A DNA stretch of 64,000 bases from Octopus sinensis (GCF_006345805.1 NC_042997.1:202306001-202370000); one strand, 5' to 3'; positions 1 to 13,152 are shown, numbered from the stretch's first letter. A program made the numbers and translations. Notes: generated from the sequence alone by a model not told the origin.

Positions 1-218
1 TGACTGCGACTCAAAAATTTGAAGATGTTAGCAGGCATGAAACGATCGTAGTGTGATATTAATTATATTTTTTTAATAATTTTGTTATATATTTAAATAA
101 TATAAATTAATCATATGTATTGGCTTAAGTTTTTCGTTGTTTGATTTGCCTAATAGTGGTTTTGTCTCTAATTTAATATAATATATATATATATATTTAT
201 ATATATAGCTATAGATAT

Positions 219-381
219 GATGGGCTTCTTTCAGTTTCCATCTACCAGATCCTCTCACAAGGTTTTGGCCAGCCCAAGGCTATAGTAGAAAACACTTGCC
301 TAAGGTACCACGCAATGGGACTGAACCCGGAACCATGTGGTTGGTAAGCAATCTACTTATTACACAGCCGCTCCTGCGCCT
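219..381 (-). mobile_element. SINE family A (tRNA-like head, internal microsatellite), 5' part
   Basis: Head GGCGCAGGAGCGGCTGTGT...GGTTCAGTCCC (A/B-box-like); more than 10 copies in the window. Confidence 0.8.
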
Positions 382-931
382 TTGATCACCTATATTCCAC
401 AAAACCATCTCTAAACTGTGGATCTGTGCCAGTGTTCAGCTGAAATAAACATCAGAGATGCTTTGCCCCATACTGAAACTGCAGGAGCTATTCAGCCATT
501 TTGCAAGCTGGAAAGCCTTCTGTATTACCACCAGGTATCTCAGGGTCACAAGTGTTTCACTCCTTAGCCTGAGCACACACACACATTATATACTTATATG
601 TGTGTGCATGCCTTTTTGTTTCCAATTAACGAGACATGTCACCTGTAGACATCAAGCAGAACATTTTAAAGAAAGTAATTACTGCACAACTATAAATTTA
701 ATTAGGTCAGCTATCTGACCCTACCATGGTGGCATTCTGACCCAGTTTTGATCATACTGGTGACAAATGTTCTTTCAAAATGCAGAAACTCTAAAAGTTT
801 GGAGATGGTCATTAATTATATTGATATTACCAATATTTGATGTCCTATTTGTAATTAATTATAAACAGCTGAAATTAGCTTGTGTATATAATAGCTAATC
901 CCAGCTAATGTATACTAATTATACTCTGTAT

Positions 932-1280
932 AGGCATAGGCATGGCTATGTGGTTATACAACTTGCTTAGCAATCATATGGTTTGGGGTTCAGTCCCATT
1001 GCACAGCACCTCAGGTATGTGTCTTCTACTATGCCCCTGGGTTGCCCAGTGCCTTTGAATTTGGCAGACAGAAACTGTGGAACCCCATCATATATGTATA
1101 ATGTGTGTGCGTTTGTGTCTATCTGTCTGTCTTTGTTTGTGTCCTCCATCTTGACAACCAGTACTGGTTTGTTTACATCCACACAGCTTAGCAAAAGAGA
1201 TTAACGGAATAAGTAAGCTAAACTCTTCAAGGTGGTGCCCCAGCATGGCCACAGTCCAATGTCTGAAGTAAATAAAGAAG
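932..1280 (+). mobile_element. SINE family A
   Basis: Head plus CCCCAGCATGGCCACAGTC 3' end. Confidence 0.8.
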
Positions 1281-1362
1281 AAAATATCTTGTGATATTTT
1301 TCCAGGGAAAGCTGTTTAATTAAAAATGCAAAACTTTCTTTAATGAACTGTATTATGTCTTT

Positions 1363-1768
1363 TGTCTCATTTTCCTTGTTTCAGTCACTGAATTGTGACC
1401 ATGCTGGGGCACTGCCTTGAAGGGTTCAGTCAAGCAAACTGACCCCAGTAGTCTTTTTTTTTTAAGTCTGATACTTGTTTTCTCACTCTTTTTTGCTGAA
1501 TTAATCAGTTACAGGGATGTAAACAAACCAATGTCAGTTGTCATATAGCGGGGGGTGACAAGCATAAATAAAAAGACTCTTGCACACACACACACACACA
1601 TGATGGGCTTCTGCAAAGTTTCTGCCTACCAAATTCACTAACAAGGTATTTCTTGACTTGGGACTATCGTAAAAAAAAGCACTTACTCCAGGTGCTATTC
1701 AGTGGGATTGAACCCAGGATGATGTGATTGCAAAACATGCTTCTTAACCACACAGCCATTCCTGTGCT
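1363..1768 (-). mobile_element. SINE family A
   Basis: Full-length reverse copy. Confidence 0.8.
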
Positions 1769-2436
1769 TTTGCACATTAAAGATGGAGCAGCTTCACAAT
1801 CACTCAACTTGCTAGAAATTGCAACCATATCTCCTTTAAATCACACTCTGTTGAACTAGAAATTGAAGGGGACATTGGATAACAATCTTTTTCTGCCCCC
1901 TATGTTTGGAGAGAATGAGATGAGAACAATTGGAACACCTTTTTATCATATACCTGCTCATTATATTTATTTAGTTCCATCCCAGATACATTCCTTAATG
2001 TCTTCATGTTCAGCTTGACTTTGTCTTTCCCCTTGATAAGGCCAATAAAATTTGAACAAACTGAGGTTAAGCTAAAAAAAGTCAAGGTGCAGAACAGTCG
2101 ATCAAGCCAAAATCCTCTGCTAGAAAAACAAATATCTTAACTCCACAGTTGTGCTTGCATCCATGTCTGTATGATTATGTACATATCATTAAATACTTCT
2201 TGAGATTGAATAAAGCCATCAGAGCTGGTAAACTCTATTTGCATTGATTAAATAACCTCACACACACACACACACACTTACCAAAATCTATGCAGTTATT
2301 TGCATTCTTCAGATCTGTGCTGTTAAGTTCTTATCAATTTGGTGATTCTGTTTCTATGGAGTCTGAAAGCAAAACATTTGATGGAATCACACAGAATTAG
2401 CAAAGCAGACAAAACTAAGGTGATGTAATGTAATTT

Positions 2437-2940
<504 letters not shown>

Positions 2941-3129
2941 ATTGCTTTTATTATGATATACAAATGGCTGTATGTGTGTGAATGCATGTGCATAGCAGCA
3001 GCAGCAGCATTATATTATGCCTGTTTTTCTATGCTTGTATGTGTTAGATGGATTTTTTTCAACACAACACCTTGCCACTACTTACCTTCCTTTGTCCTTT
3101 CTTTTATGACATTCAGCCTCTTTCATCCC

Positions 3130-4030
3130 TTTTTCACATCTTCCTCAACATTTCTCTTCCAAGAGTTCTTTCCACTTAGAAGTTCTCTTGGAACTTCTTG
3201 ATCATTGTTACACACCTTACATACCTGTTCTACCTTAGTCTTCTCTCCAATACACTTCATCTAATAATTTTCTTTATGCACAGGTTTCCTTTCACTTTGC
3301 TTCTGCCTCTCTCTTCATGCACACCAACTCATCCAGCAGAACATGCAAACCTTATTTCTTTCAAATCTTTTCCCATTCTCCAAATTCAGTGTTCATGATT
3401 CATTATCAACCAATATTTTGTACACAAGCATCATACAATCCACCCTTCATTCAAAGACAGAAACCCTTTATTACCACTAGCAGTAATAGCTCTCTGAACT
3501 TTTCCCACCTCATTCATACTTTGTCAAGCTTAGCATTTACAACCATTTGTTTTCTTTCCCATTTTCTGATGAGTATAAAGCCTCTACGGTTTGCATGTTC
3601 ACCTGATTGGTAGGCAATCAGATGACTGGTCAATTTTTTGAAGTTAATATTGAAAATGGTTAAGTCTATTGTATCACAGAATTCCAGGAGCTTTGTTCCC
3701 TTTTCGTTCTTTATATCTTATTCACAGCCTCCATCTATGCTGGAGAAGCTGTCATAATGGCTTCACTATAATGGTTTCTCTGTTAAAATTGCCAAGTGTG
3801 AGAGTGAAATCCACATCATTCATTATCAAGACAGTCTACAGAGAGACCTCATAAAAACAGCTCTTCTATTCATCTCTCTCTTGATTGTGGTGCATATGTA
3901 GTAATAAATATTACTGTCTTGTCATCCATGACTTAAGTTATCCACTACAGCGATAATCTAATTTTTCATTGCTTTATATAGCAGCTGAATACTCTGTCAT
4001 TGATTGCGGAGAAAACCAGATTTGTCTTCT
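3130..4030 (-). mobile_element. Old RTE-type LINE fragments (endonuclease piece joined to ORF 3' end)
   Basis: Minus-strand degenerate peptides VIFITTYAPQ, NEKGTKLLEFCDTIDLTIFNINFKKLTSHLIAYQSG and WEKFRELL...KGGLYDACV; many stops. Confidence 0.65.
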
Positions 4031-4390
4031 GAGGAATGATCAAACTGCAAAATGATGATGGAGGGATATTTGTTTTCTAGTCTCAGACATAATTTCCATA
4101 TATTAATAGTTGATGCAAATGTTAATAGACTGATTGGTGGGTCAGGCGATTTTTTACAGTCACACCTTACATCATCATATCAATGTCTTCTTAGCTGATA
4201 AGAGCAGATTCACGTCAAAGATTTATGACCTACTAGACTGCTATCCAGGTAATATCATCCGTTGATGAATGGGGGACCACAATGAACATCGTGTATCAAT
4301 GCCTGAGTTCTGCTGTAGTGTGGGGAACCTCACAGCATTCCAGGAAACCACCATTTACATCCTTCTACAGTTCCTGTGATGCATTGTTAA

Positions 4391-4611
4391 CCCTTTCATT
4401 ACTGTATTTATTTTGAGATGTTCTGTGTTTCTTTCAATTATTTTAGATATAACAAAGAATTTAGTAAAATAACTTAGTTATCATTCAGCTAGTGTTAGGA
4501 ACACAAATTGTGACTAAGGTTTGGTGGAAGATTTTAATTCAAAACTTATGAAAACAAGACATTTGTACTACAGTGCCAGATGCAGTTTCAGCCGGGTTGG
4601 TAACAGAAGGG
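4391..4611 (+). mobile_element. TTAA-flanked piggyBac-type MITE (about 220 bp)
   Basis: TTAA|CCCTTTC...GAAGGG|TTAA; same internal sequence as the copies at 10079, 10323, 14526 and 14841. Confidence 0.85.
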
Positions 4612-5111
4612 TTAATAACGTCTGACAAGGGAGATAACTCCCTGTCTATAAACCCCATGGTGCATCTCAGAATATCACACCTCTACCCTTCTCAGTTCCG
4701 AACATAGTTACCTAGGTAAAGTGGATAGAGAGTAAAAGAGGGGAATATAGAGTAAAAGAGTTATAGAGAGAAACAGTTAAAATAAGAAGAGGTGCAGGAT
4801 GAGTGCATGAGTAAGAGGAGAAGGAGTAAATGGCAGCATAGTTACGAAGGGGAGTTCTACAAATGAGAAATTTGTTTTAATTTTATTTCAAGGTAATAAA
4901 TATTTTTCTATTGATAATTATTTTATTCATTTCATCATTCTGTATGAGCACCAAGAAATTTGATAGAAGTTAAATTGTAATTATTATATATATGCTACAT
5001 CATCATCATCATCATTTAACGTCTGTTTTCCATGCTAGCATGGGTTAGACGGTTCAACCAGGGTCTGGGAAGCCAAGAGGCTGCATTTCCTAATATTATT
5101 GCCCATGGTGT

Positions 5112-5330
5112 AAGATGGTGAGCTAGCAGAATCATTAGCATGCCAGGCAAAATGCTTGGCAGCATTTTGACTGTCTTCGTTTTCTGTGTTCAAATTCCAC
5201 CGGAGTTGACTTTGCATGACATCCTTTCAGGGTCAATAAAATAAGTACCAGTTGAGTTCTGGGGTCAGTGTAATCAACTTACCTCCTCCCCCAACATTGC
5301 TGGCCTTGCGCCAAAATTTGGAACCAATAT
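5112..5330 (+). mobile_element. SINE family B (GGCGGCGAGCTGGCAGAA head; CTTTGCCTTTCATCCTTTCGGGGTCGATAAA core)
   Basis: B-box-like GAGTTCAAATTCC and a shared central core; many copies in the window. Confidence 0.75.
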
Positions 5331-5399
5331 TAGCCAAGGTGTTAAAAGTTTACTTTGAGAATTATTTGTCATAGACTGGTAATGTTCTGGTGTTTTATC

Positions 5400-5640
5400 T
5401 TCTGTCTTTTACTTGATAATAAAAGACAGAAGACTGCGGTCATGCTGGGGCACCACTCTGAAGAAGTTTTAGTCAAATAAATCAACCCCAGAATGTTTTT
5501 TTTTTTTTTAAGCCTGGTACTTATTCTATCAGTCTCTCTTGATGAATCACTAGGTTATGGGGATGTAAACACAAGAACAACAGTTGTCAAGCAGTAGTGG
5601 GGGGACAAACACACACACACACACACACACAAATATATAT

Positions 5641-5671
<31 letters not shown>

Positions 5672-5845
5672 CATATATATACATATATATACGACAAGTT
5701 TCTTTCAGCTTCTGTCAATCAAATCCATTCACAAGGTCTTTGGTTGGCCCAAGGCTATAGTAGAAAATATTTGCCCAAGGTGCCATACAGTGGGACTGAA
5801 CTCTGAAGGGAAACAAACATCTTAGCGCACAGCCATACCTGCACC
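5400..5845 (-). mobile_element. SINE family A
   Basis: Reverse copy with an internal (CA)n/(TA)n tract. Confidence 0.8.
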
Positions 5846-5869
5846 TATTACAAATTTTCTTTTATATTT

Positions 5870-6080
5870 TGCCAGTACTGCCTGACTGGCCCTTGTACCG
5901 GTGGCACATAAAAGCACCCACTACACTCTCAGAGTGGTTGGCATCAGGAAGGGCATCCAGCTGTAAAAAACTCTGAGAGATCAAGATTGGAGCCTGGCAC
6001 AGCCATCTGGTTCGCTAGTCCTCAGTCAAATCGTCCAACCCATGCTAGCATGTAAATTGGACGTTAAACGATGATGATGA
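5870..6080 (+). mobile_element. SINE family C (AGGAAGGGCATCCAGCTGTAGAAAC ... (GAT)n tail)
   Basis: Recurrent 3' module ending CCCATGCTAGCATGGAAA-CGGACGTTAAACGATGATG; more than 12 copies. Confidence 0.8.
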
Positions 6081-6874
6081 GGGGGAGGAGGAGTAGGAGG
6101 AGGATTTTTGTTCTGCGAGAATTTTTATCTGAATTTTGTTATATTTTGGGAGAATGATATCATTGAAGCTTACAAGTGCCCTCACTGGTTGTTTTTGCCT
6201 GTAACTTTCCTCCCTGCCAACCCAGTGGCGTCTTCATCATCCTCCATACTCCACTGGTTCTTTATGTCATCAACCGAAAAGAATGACAAACTAAGAGTGT
6301 TTGTATTATTCTCATAAAATGTATCAAAGCAATGATGGAGGCAAGCGTCTGACTAAATGGTTAAGAAGGTTATAGGACTGGTTTGATGGAAAATGGTTTA
6401 GTGTGGGAAAGACCAAAATTATAGATACTGTAAGAACTGGTGTGTTTATGAACTAAATGACTCTATCCAAATAAAGCAATAATGGGTTTGTAATGCAATA
6501 ATGCCTTCTTGATACAGTAATGGGTTCTTTATACAATTTGTTTGTAATTAAATGCTTTACACAATTGATGAACAAAGAGAAAAAATGTCAATCCTTAAAA
6601 GCAGAAGGAAAGAGAGAGAGAGAGACCAATTGCTCTGTAATAGTAAGATATTGAATTAGATTGACAACTTAGTAGGTGACTTTCTTACTTTTTGGTGAGT
6701 TTGGTGAAAGAAAATGAAATAAATAGGTGTTATTGACTCCATTAATTGCTTTTAACTTGTGATTTGATCTAATTTATTATTTTTTTTCATCATGCTGCCT
6801 GGTTTAAGGAAAGGAAATATTACTCGGATTCTAGAAAACACATATGACTTTGTGGTTGTGGCAGTAGTTGTTAA

Positions 6875-6901
6875 GGCGGTGGTGGTGGCGGCGGCAGCAG
6901 C

Positions 6902-6939
<38 letters not shown>

Positions 6940-6965
6940 CAGTAGTAGTAGTAGTAGCAGTAGTA
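6875..6965. repeat. (GGT/GGC/GCA/GTA)n trinucleotide repeat
   Basis: Seen directly. Confidence 0.95.
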
Positions 6966-7231
6966 AAGGTGGATTAATAGAAATGTTAGATTGTCAAGCT
7001 AAAAATTGTCGTTCAGTATTGAGTAACAGACTGAAGGTTCTGAGTTCACATCTCACTGAGGTTGATTTTGTTTCTCATTCTATTAAGGTCAATGACAAAA
7101 AAAATTGGGGCACCAGTCAAATACTGAGTTCAGTAGCATTGACTAACCTCCACCCCTCAGGAATTGTGGATCTTGTAGCTAAATGAGAAATTATCATTAC
7201 TTTTTGAGCATTTCTTCCATTTTGAGTTTAA

Positions 7232-8066
7232 CCCCTTAATGGATTATCCCGAGTTTACTCGTGCATCGTACAAATGTATCTTTTTAGAACCAGTCAAGTA
7301 TACTCAGTCAAAATTAACTTTTAATTTTAGCACACAAATGAGTTTATTTGTTTTGTGTTGTTTCATTTTTGAGCAATCACAAATTTACTCATTGTTGTAC
7401 GCCTGGCAGCGCATATTCTGGTGCTGTTTCAAAGAATTTATGCTTCTGAGTTTTGGACCTTTACTTCAGTGCATACTCAGATTCAGGCAGAGGTTGATGT
7501 CATTCTAGAACCGTCTCATTTTGATTCTCTATTATTTATACAAATAAGAGAATTATTTACGCAGCAATCCCACATCCAACAAGATTTGCCCCAGCCGGTC
7601 ACTTTCCCATGGAAATATCACCAAGTGATAAGAAAAAGAACCCTACAAGACAGTGTGCAAAATGCGCAGAGAAGAGAGACGCTAAAGGAAAGAAGATTCG
7701 AAGAGAAAGCAGATACATGTGTGATGTCTGCAAGATAACTTTGTGTGTAACTCCTTGTTTTAAAAATTATCATTCTAAATAAACTGTCTATCTCATTTAA
7801 AAAAAATTTTCCTTTGATTTAAAAGCAATACATCTTATAAAAAATCAAAGATAGTTAAGTTATTTGTATTTTTTTCAATGTCCGAGTTAACTCGTTTAAA
7901 TCCAAATTAGTAAAAAGTACATTTTAATTTCTATAATAAAAAATAAAGGAAACAAGATAAAAAACCTTTTTTTGTAATTAACACAGTGTATACAATTAAA
8001 AAAGGAAATTAAAAAATTATGCCCTGAAATGAAACGCCATCTCAAAATAATTGATCCAATAAGGGG
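7232..8066 (+). mobile_element. Internally deleted piggyBac transposon
   Basis: TTAA at 7228-7231 and 8067-8070. TIRs CCCCTTAATGGATTA / CCCCTTATTGGATCA (13/15). Retains the transposase C-terminal cysteine-rich domain. Confidence 0.9.
7609..7782 (+). pseudogene. piggyBac transposase C-terminal cysteine-rich domain remnant (57-aa open frame)
   Basis: MEISPSDKKKNPTRQCAKCAEKRDAKGKKIRRESRYMCDVCKITLCVTPCFKNYHSK*, matching the CxxC...CxxC-x4-C-x3-CFxxYH pattern of PGBD-type transposases. Confidence 0.85.
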
Positions 8067-8728
8067 TTAAAAAAACCCTAACCAGGTCAACTTTGCCTTT
8101 CATCCTTTTGGGGTTGATATAATAAACTAAACCCTTCTCCCCACAATTGCTGGCCTTGTGCCAAAATTAGAATTATTATCACCATCATCATCATTGTTAT
8201 TATCATGAACCATTATTGTCACATTTATTTGTTTTCTTGCTCTGAAAAGAAGAGAAAGTTGTCAGAATGTGATTCCTAGCTAAGTGGAGGATCTGCTTTT
8301 GCCAGGATAGATTCTTGATGAAACCCAATAACTGGATCCCTTTTTGAGATCTTTAGCTAAGTGCTGCTCTGATGTAGGGTATCGGATGCAGTAATGTTTT
8401 CTTGATATACATAGTGGTTATGTTTCCTTCTTTTTGAAAGGGACACAGTTACCATATCCCTCACTGAAGGATGTTTGCTACATATCTATTCATAGAGTCA
8501 GTGTGAGTTTAAAATATTTATCCAATTCCATGCCATTAGCCAATTCCAGTTATTTCCCCAACTTATTTTGTAATAGGTTCTACAAGGGAATTTTTTTGCA
8601 TGAATGTTTGCTGGAAAAGACTGTAGGATAGTAGACAGCATGACACTATGCAAGCTAGCCCAATTATTATATCATCTGAACATGATACTTATAGTAACTC
8701 ACATTTAAATCCTGTCTTTGTAAAATCT

Positions 8729-8939
8729 TTTCTACCTTAGGCACAAGGCCCAAAATTTTGGGGGAAGGGCCAGTCAATTAGATCAACCCCAGTATGCAAC
8801 TGCTACTTAATTTATCAACTCTGAAAGGATGAAAGCAAAGTCGACCTCGGCAGAATTTGAACTCAGAACGTAATGGCAGATGAAATACCGCTAAGCATTT
8901 CACTCGGCATGCTAACGTTTCTGCCAGCTCACCGCCTTA
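8729..8939 (-). mobile_element. SINE family B
   Basis: Full reverse copy. Confidence 0.85.
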
Positions 8940-9000
8940 GTCTTTGTTAATATTTACATGTGTCTGTATGCTTGTGTGTGTATTAATGTATATATGTATA

Positions 9001-9031
<31 letters not shown>

Positions 9032-9032
<1 letters not shown>

Positions 9033-9408
9033 GGCACAGGTGTGACTGTGTGGTAAGAAGCTTGCTTCCCAACTACAGGGTTCCAGGTTCATATCCACTG
9101 TGATGCCTTGAGGAGGTGTCTTCTACTCTAGCCTTGGGCTGACCAAAGCCTTGTTAGTGGATTTGGTAGATGGAAACTGAAAGAAGCCCATCATGTGTGT
9201 GTATTAGTCCCCCACCTCCACCACTGCTTTGACAACCAGTGTTGGTATGTTTATGTCCTGTAACTTAGCAGTTCAGCAAAAGTAACTCATAGAATAAGTA
9301 TTAGGTTTTAAAAAAAATGTCCTGGGGTCAATTTATTCAACTAAAATCCTTCAAGGTGGTACTACAGCATGGCCACAGTCAAATGACTGAAACTAGTAAA
9401 AATAAAAG
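9032..9408 (+). mobile_element. SINE family A
   Basis: Full-length copy after a (TA)n run. Confidence 0.85.
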
Positions 9409-9461
9409 ATATGTATATATATGTATGCACATATGTATAAGTGTATGCACATATGTATATG

Positions 9462-9660
9462 TTGCCAGTGGCACATAAAAGCACCCACTACACTCTCGGA
9501 GTAGTTGGTGTAAGGAAGGGCATCCTGCTGTAGAAACCTTGTCAAATCAGATTGGAACCTGGTACAGCCTCCCATCTTACTAGTTCTCGGTCAAACCTTC
9601 CAACCCATGCCAGCATGGAAAGTAGACATTTAACAATGACGATGATGGTGATTATGATGT
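9462..9660 (+). mobile_element. SINE family C
   Basis: Same module. Confidence 0.8.
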
Positions 9661-10078
9661 TTCCTAAATTGTATAAACTGCACTTATCTTCACTCTGTAA
9701 TTGTAGTTCTGCTGTTTAGTTGTTAGTCTCTAAAGTACAGCATTAATTCTAGTTAACAGTTCCTCTGTGATTTGGCAACGAGTCAGAGGTTAGAAATCAT
9801 ATTTTATTTCAGTTTAATTTCCTTGCTAAAAAGAGGAATAAGTTTTACTTGGCAGCATTTCATAAAAATTTTGTAAAATTTCTGAAATGTTATTTTATCA
9901 ATTTTATTACCTGCTTTTTTTTTTTAAACTATCACTAGTTTTTGCAGGGATTAGTTTGTTTTTTTTCCCCCCGTATTTTTCCTTTTCTTATCATAAAATT
10001 TGTCAATCATCATAAACTGAAGTTTTCTGTGATATTTTGGTGGTGACTTCTCAAACTCATTTCATAAATACACTTTAA

Positions 10079-10302
10079 CCCTTTCGTTACTGTATTTCTG
10101 TTGAGATGCTCCATGTTTCTTTCAATTAATTTTAAATATAACAAAGTATTTAGTAAAATAACTTAGTTAGCATTAAGCTAGTGTTAGGAACATAAATTGT
10201 GACTAAGATTTTAATTGGAAGATTTTAATTCAGAACTTAGGAAAACAAGACATTTGTACTTTTGAGCCAGAGGTAGTTTCAGTCGGGTTGGTATGAAAAG
10301 GG
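10079..10302 (+). mobile_element. piggyBac-type MITE, full copy
   Basis: TTAA at 10075-10078 and 10303-10306; CCCTTT/AAAGGG termini. Confidence 0.85.
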
Positions 10303-10322
10303 TTAAATTAGTCATTTGTTAA

Positions 10323-10474
10323 CCCTTTTGTCACTATATTTCTGTTGAGATGTTTTGTGTTTCTTTCAATTAATTTTAAATATAACAAAGAATTTAGTAA
10401 AATAACTTAGGTATCATTATGACATTTGTACTACGGAGCCAGAGGCAGTTTCAGCCAGGTTGGTAACGAAAGGG
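10323..10474 (+). mobile_element. piggyBac-type MITE, internally deleted copy
   Basis: TTAA at 10319-10322 and 10475-10478; lacks about 70 bp of the middle. Confidence 0.8.
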
Positions 10475-11654
10475 TTAATATAAAAATGTCTATTTTCATC
10501 ATTACTTTATTGTGTTTAATGATAATAAATATATCAGGTCAGACACAGCTGTGTGGTTTAGAAGCTCACTTTGGAATCATGTGGTTTTGTGTTCAGTCCT
10601 ACGGTGTGGCACCTTGGGAAAGTGTCTTCTGTTATAGCCCCAGGTCAATCAATACTCTATGAGTGAATTTGGTAGGTAGGGACAAATTTCAACAGCACAT
10701 ATTCACAAAATTTTTAATGCATTGAAGCTTTTAGGAAGCCAAACTTCACATATAGGACCCAGGGTGGTTTTTTTTGGGTTTTTTTTGAGACATTTTTGCA
10801 GGAAAAGTGGCTCATATACCATCAGATATGGCAACGTGTGTTTGTAAACTGAGACCCATTTCTGTCCCAGTTGCATATTTTCAAAATAATATAGTCACTT
10901 GAACATAGTTGAGCTTACATAACTCTGTACAACAGAACTGTGGTAATCAGAGTTTATAGTGGCAGTCAGCCTAATTATTTACTAGTGTCATCTTTTGTGT
11001 TGTCTTCATAAATAATCACATCATTTATTAAGTGTGAAATCTTTAAATAACTTTCAATAGAAACTTGTCTTTCAAATATTTTCCTCTGATTTTTTTTGTG
11101 ATGGTATTTACACTTTCATCGTCTTCTTCATTGAGTGTTCTTGTAATTAATTACGTGTGTGTGTGTATGTGTTATAGTTTTTTATTTATTAAAGTGTGAT
11201 ATGAATTTTCTTGTTCATTTTCCTTTCTCCCCAATTCTTAAGGGTTGTATCATTTTGAATTGGCGATGAACAAAATGTCTTTTGAGAACAAAAATCACTT
11301 TTAGAAAATATAATCAACCATATCTTTATGTTTTGAATCATAATTCAATATATTTTCAATATATTTTCAACATGTGATAAATTTTATGCTGTTGATTTTC
11401 ATTGATTTAACAAAAAATGTGTTTAATTGGTTGAATATGTCCATAACATAATTCTCTGAATTCTCAAAGCTATTCTAACAAGTTTTATATTTATTTATTT
11501 TTCTTTGTCTGTCTGTCTGTGATAGAAACTCAAAACTATTTCAGGTAGTTTTCTCAATATTTATGCAACTTTAATTTCAAATTAGTTACTGACAAAACCA
11601 GTGAATATCACACATTTGAATTAGCTTTTAAAAAAGGGAGATGTTTATTTAAGG

Positions 11655-11909
11655 TAACAGTTGTCAACCAGGATCCATAGGATCCTTGGAGATCCATATA
11701 AGATTTTGTAGTTAAAGTTTATGTGCGATAAATTGATTATATGTCTACAATACAAACAATATTTTAACAATTTCCTTATCAGATTTCTAATGATATACAA
11801 TTAAAAATTTTACTAGGGGGTTTTTAAACATCGAATAGCTGTGAGGGTCCATCCAAGTAAAATAGGAACCTAAAGGGGTCCATAAGTAAAAAATGGTTGA
11901 AAACCACTG
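11655..11909 (+). mobile_element. hAT (Charlie-like) MITE
   Basis: Right TIR GGTTGAAAACCACTG, degenerate left TIR, 8-bp flanks ATTTAAGG/ATTTAAGA; homologous to 42943-43254. Confidence 0.65.
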
Positions 11910-11927
11910 ATTTAAGATGTGATTGTA

Positions 11928-12165
11928 TCATCATCATCATCGTTGTTTAATGTCCACTTTCCATGCTGGCATGGATTGGATGGTTTAACTGAGGACTGGC
12001 AAGCCAGGAGGCTGCACCAGGGTCCAATCTGATCTGGCAAGGTTTCTACAGCTGGATGTCCTTCTAACGCCAACTACTCCAAGAGTGTAGTGGGTGCTTT
12101 TTACGTGTCACCGGCACAAGCATTGACCATGCTTGAAAAGTGATTTTTACATGCCACCAGCACCA
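11928..12165 (-). mobile_element. SINE family C
   Basis: Reverse copy starting with (CAT)n. Confidence 0.8.
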
Positions 12166-12827
12166 ACCACTAAAAAATATATATTCATAGGTGGTTACTG
12201 AAAACCCATTATGTTGCAAAGCTTGCTTCTGGGCTAAGTGGATTCAGTTTCAGTCCCAATGCCTGGTATCTTAAGAAAGAGCCTACTACTCTAACATTAG
12301 GTCAACAAAAGCATGGTGAACAGATTTTGTTGAGAGACACTAAAAGAAGTCCGTTGTATATATGTGTGTGGATGTATATGTGTATAGGTATGTGTTTCTG
12401 TATGTGCAAGTGTGTGTTTATGTCTCCTTGTTTTGACACCATGCTATAGTTATAAACAGATGTTAGCTTCATCATACAAGTAATGTTTGCTTCTGGTTTT
12501 CTGTAAAAAAACATGTTTGGTTATGGGGAAGGTGAGGACTGGCGACAGGAAAGCTTTCCAGCCATAGCAAAATCTGCCACATCAAATTCTCTTTGATCCA
12601 TGCAAGCACGAAAACAGTGGCTGTTAAATGAGGGGGATGATATCCATTCTATCATAGTCTGATTCATAAGAGAAGATATGTAACATTGGAACTGGTTATT
12701 AAGAAAACATAGCATGTTTACACAGGTCATTGACCCAGGAGGCATTGACAAGACTGGCAAAGATGAGGGGGCAGAAAAATGTTGCATAAAACTGTTATAT
12801 ACCCTGCACAAGCACCAGTTTTATTTT

Positions 12828-13152
12828 AGGCACAGGCATGGCTGTGTTGGTAAGATGCTTGCTTTGCAACCATGTGGCTTTGGGTTCAATCCCATTACAC
12901 AAACTCCTTGGGCAAACGTCTTCTATTATGGACCTGGACCAACCAATGTCTTAAAAGTGGAATTTGATGGATGGAAACTGTGGCATCCTGACAAATATGT
13001 ATGTGCTTTTGTGTTTCCCCTACCCATTATTTAAGTCCTCATAACCTAGCAGTTTGGCAAATGTGACTGATAGAACAGGGTTAACTTGTGACTAAAACCT
13101 TCTGGACGGTGCCCTAGCATGGCTGCTGTCCAGTGTCTGAAGTAAGTACAAG
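12828..13152 (+). mobile_element. SINE family A (diverged)
   Basis: Head and 3' end recognisable. Confidence 0.7.

Noticed and set aside
2285-2320. Minus-strand CUGAAGA followed by an AUGCA/UGCAU stem
   Set aside because: No GAAA after the stem and no stem III or NUH site; not a hammerhead.
6676-6694. Possible 19-nt phase-compatible micro-exon (AG|GTGACTTTCTTACTTTTTG|GTGAGT, VTFLLFG) that would extend the signal peptide
   Set aside because: No polypyrimidine tract, and such matches are expected by chance over 22 kb. The upstream exon cannot be placed without RNA data.
6792-6977. Poly-Val/Ala ORF resembling a transmembrane peptide
   Set aside because: Trinucleotide microsatellite translation.
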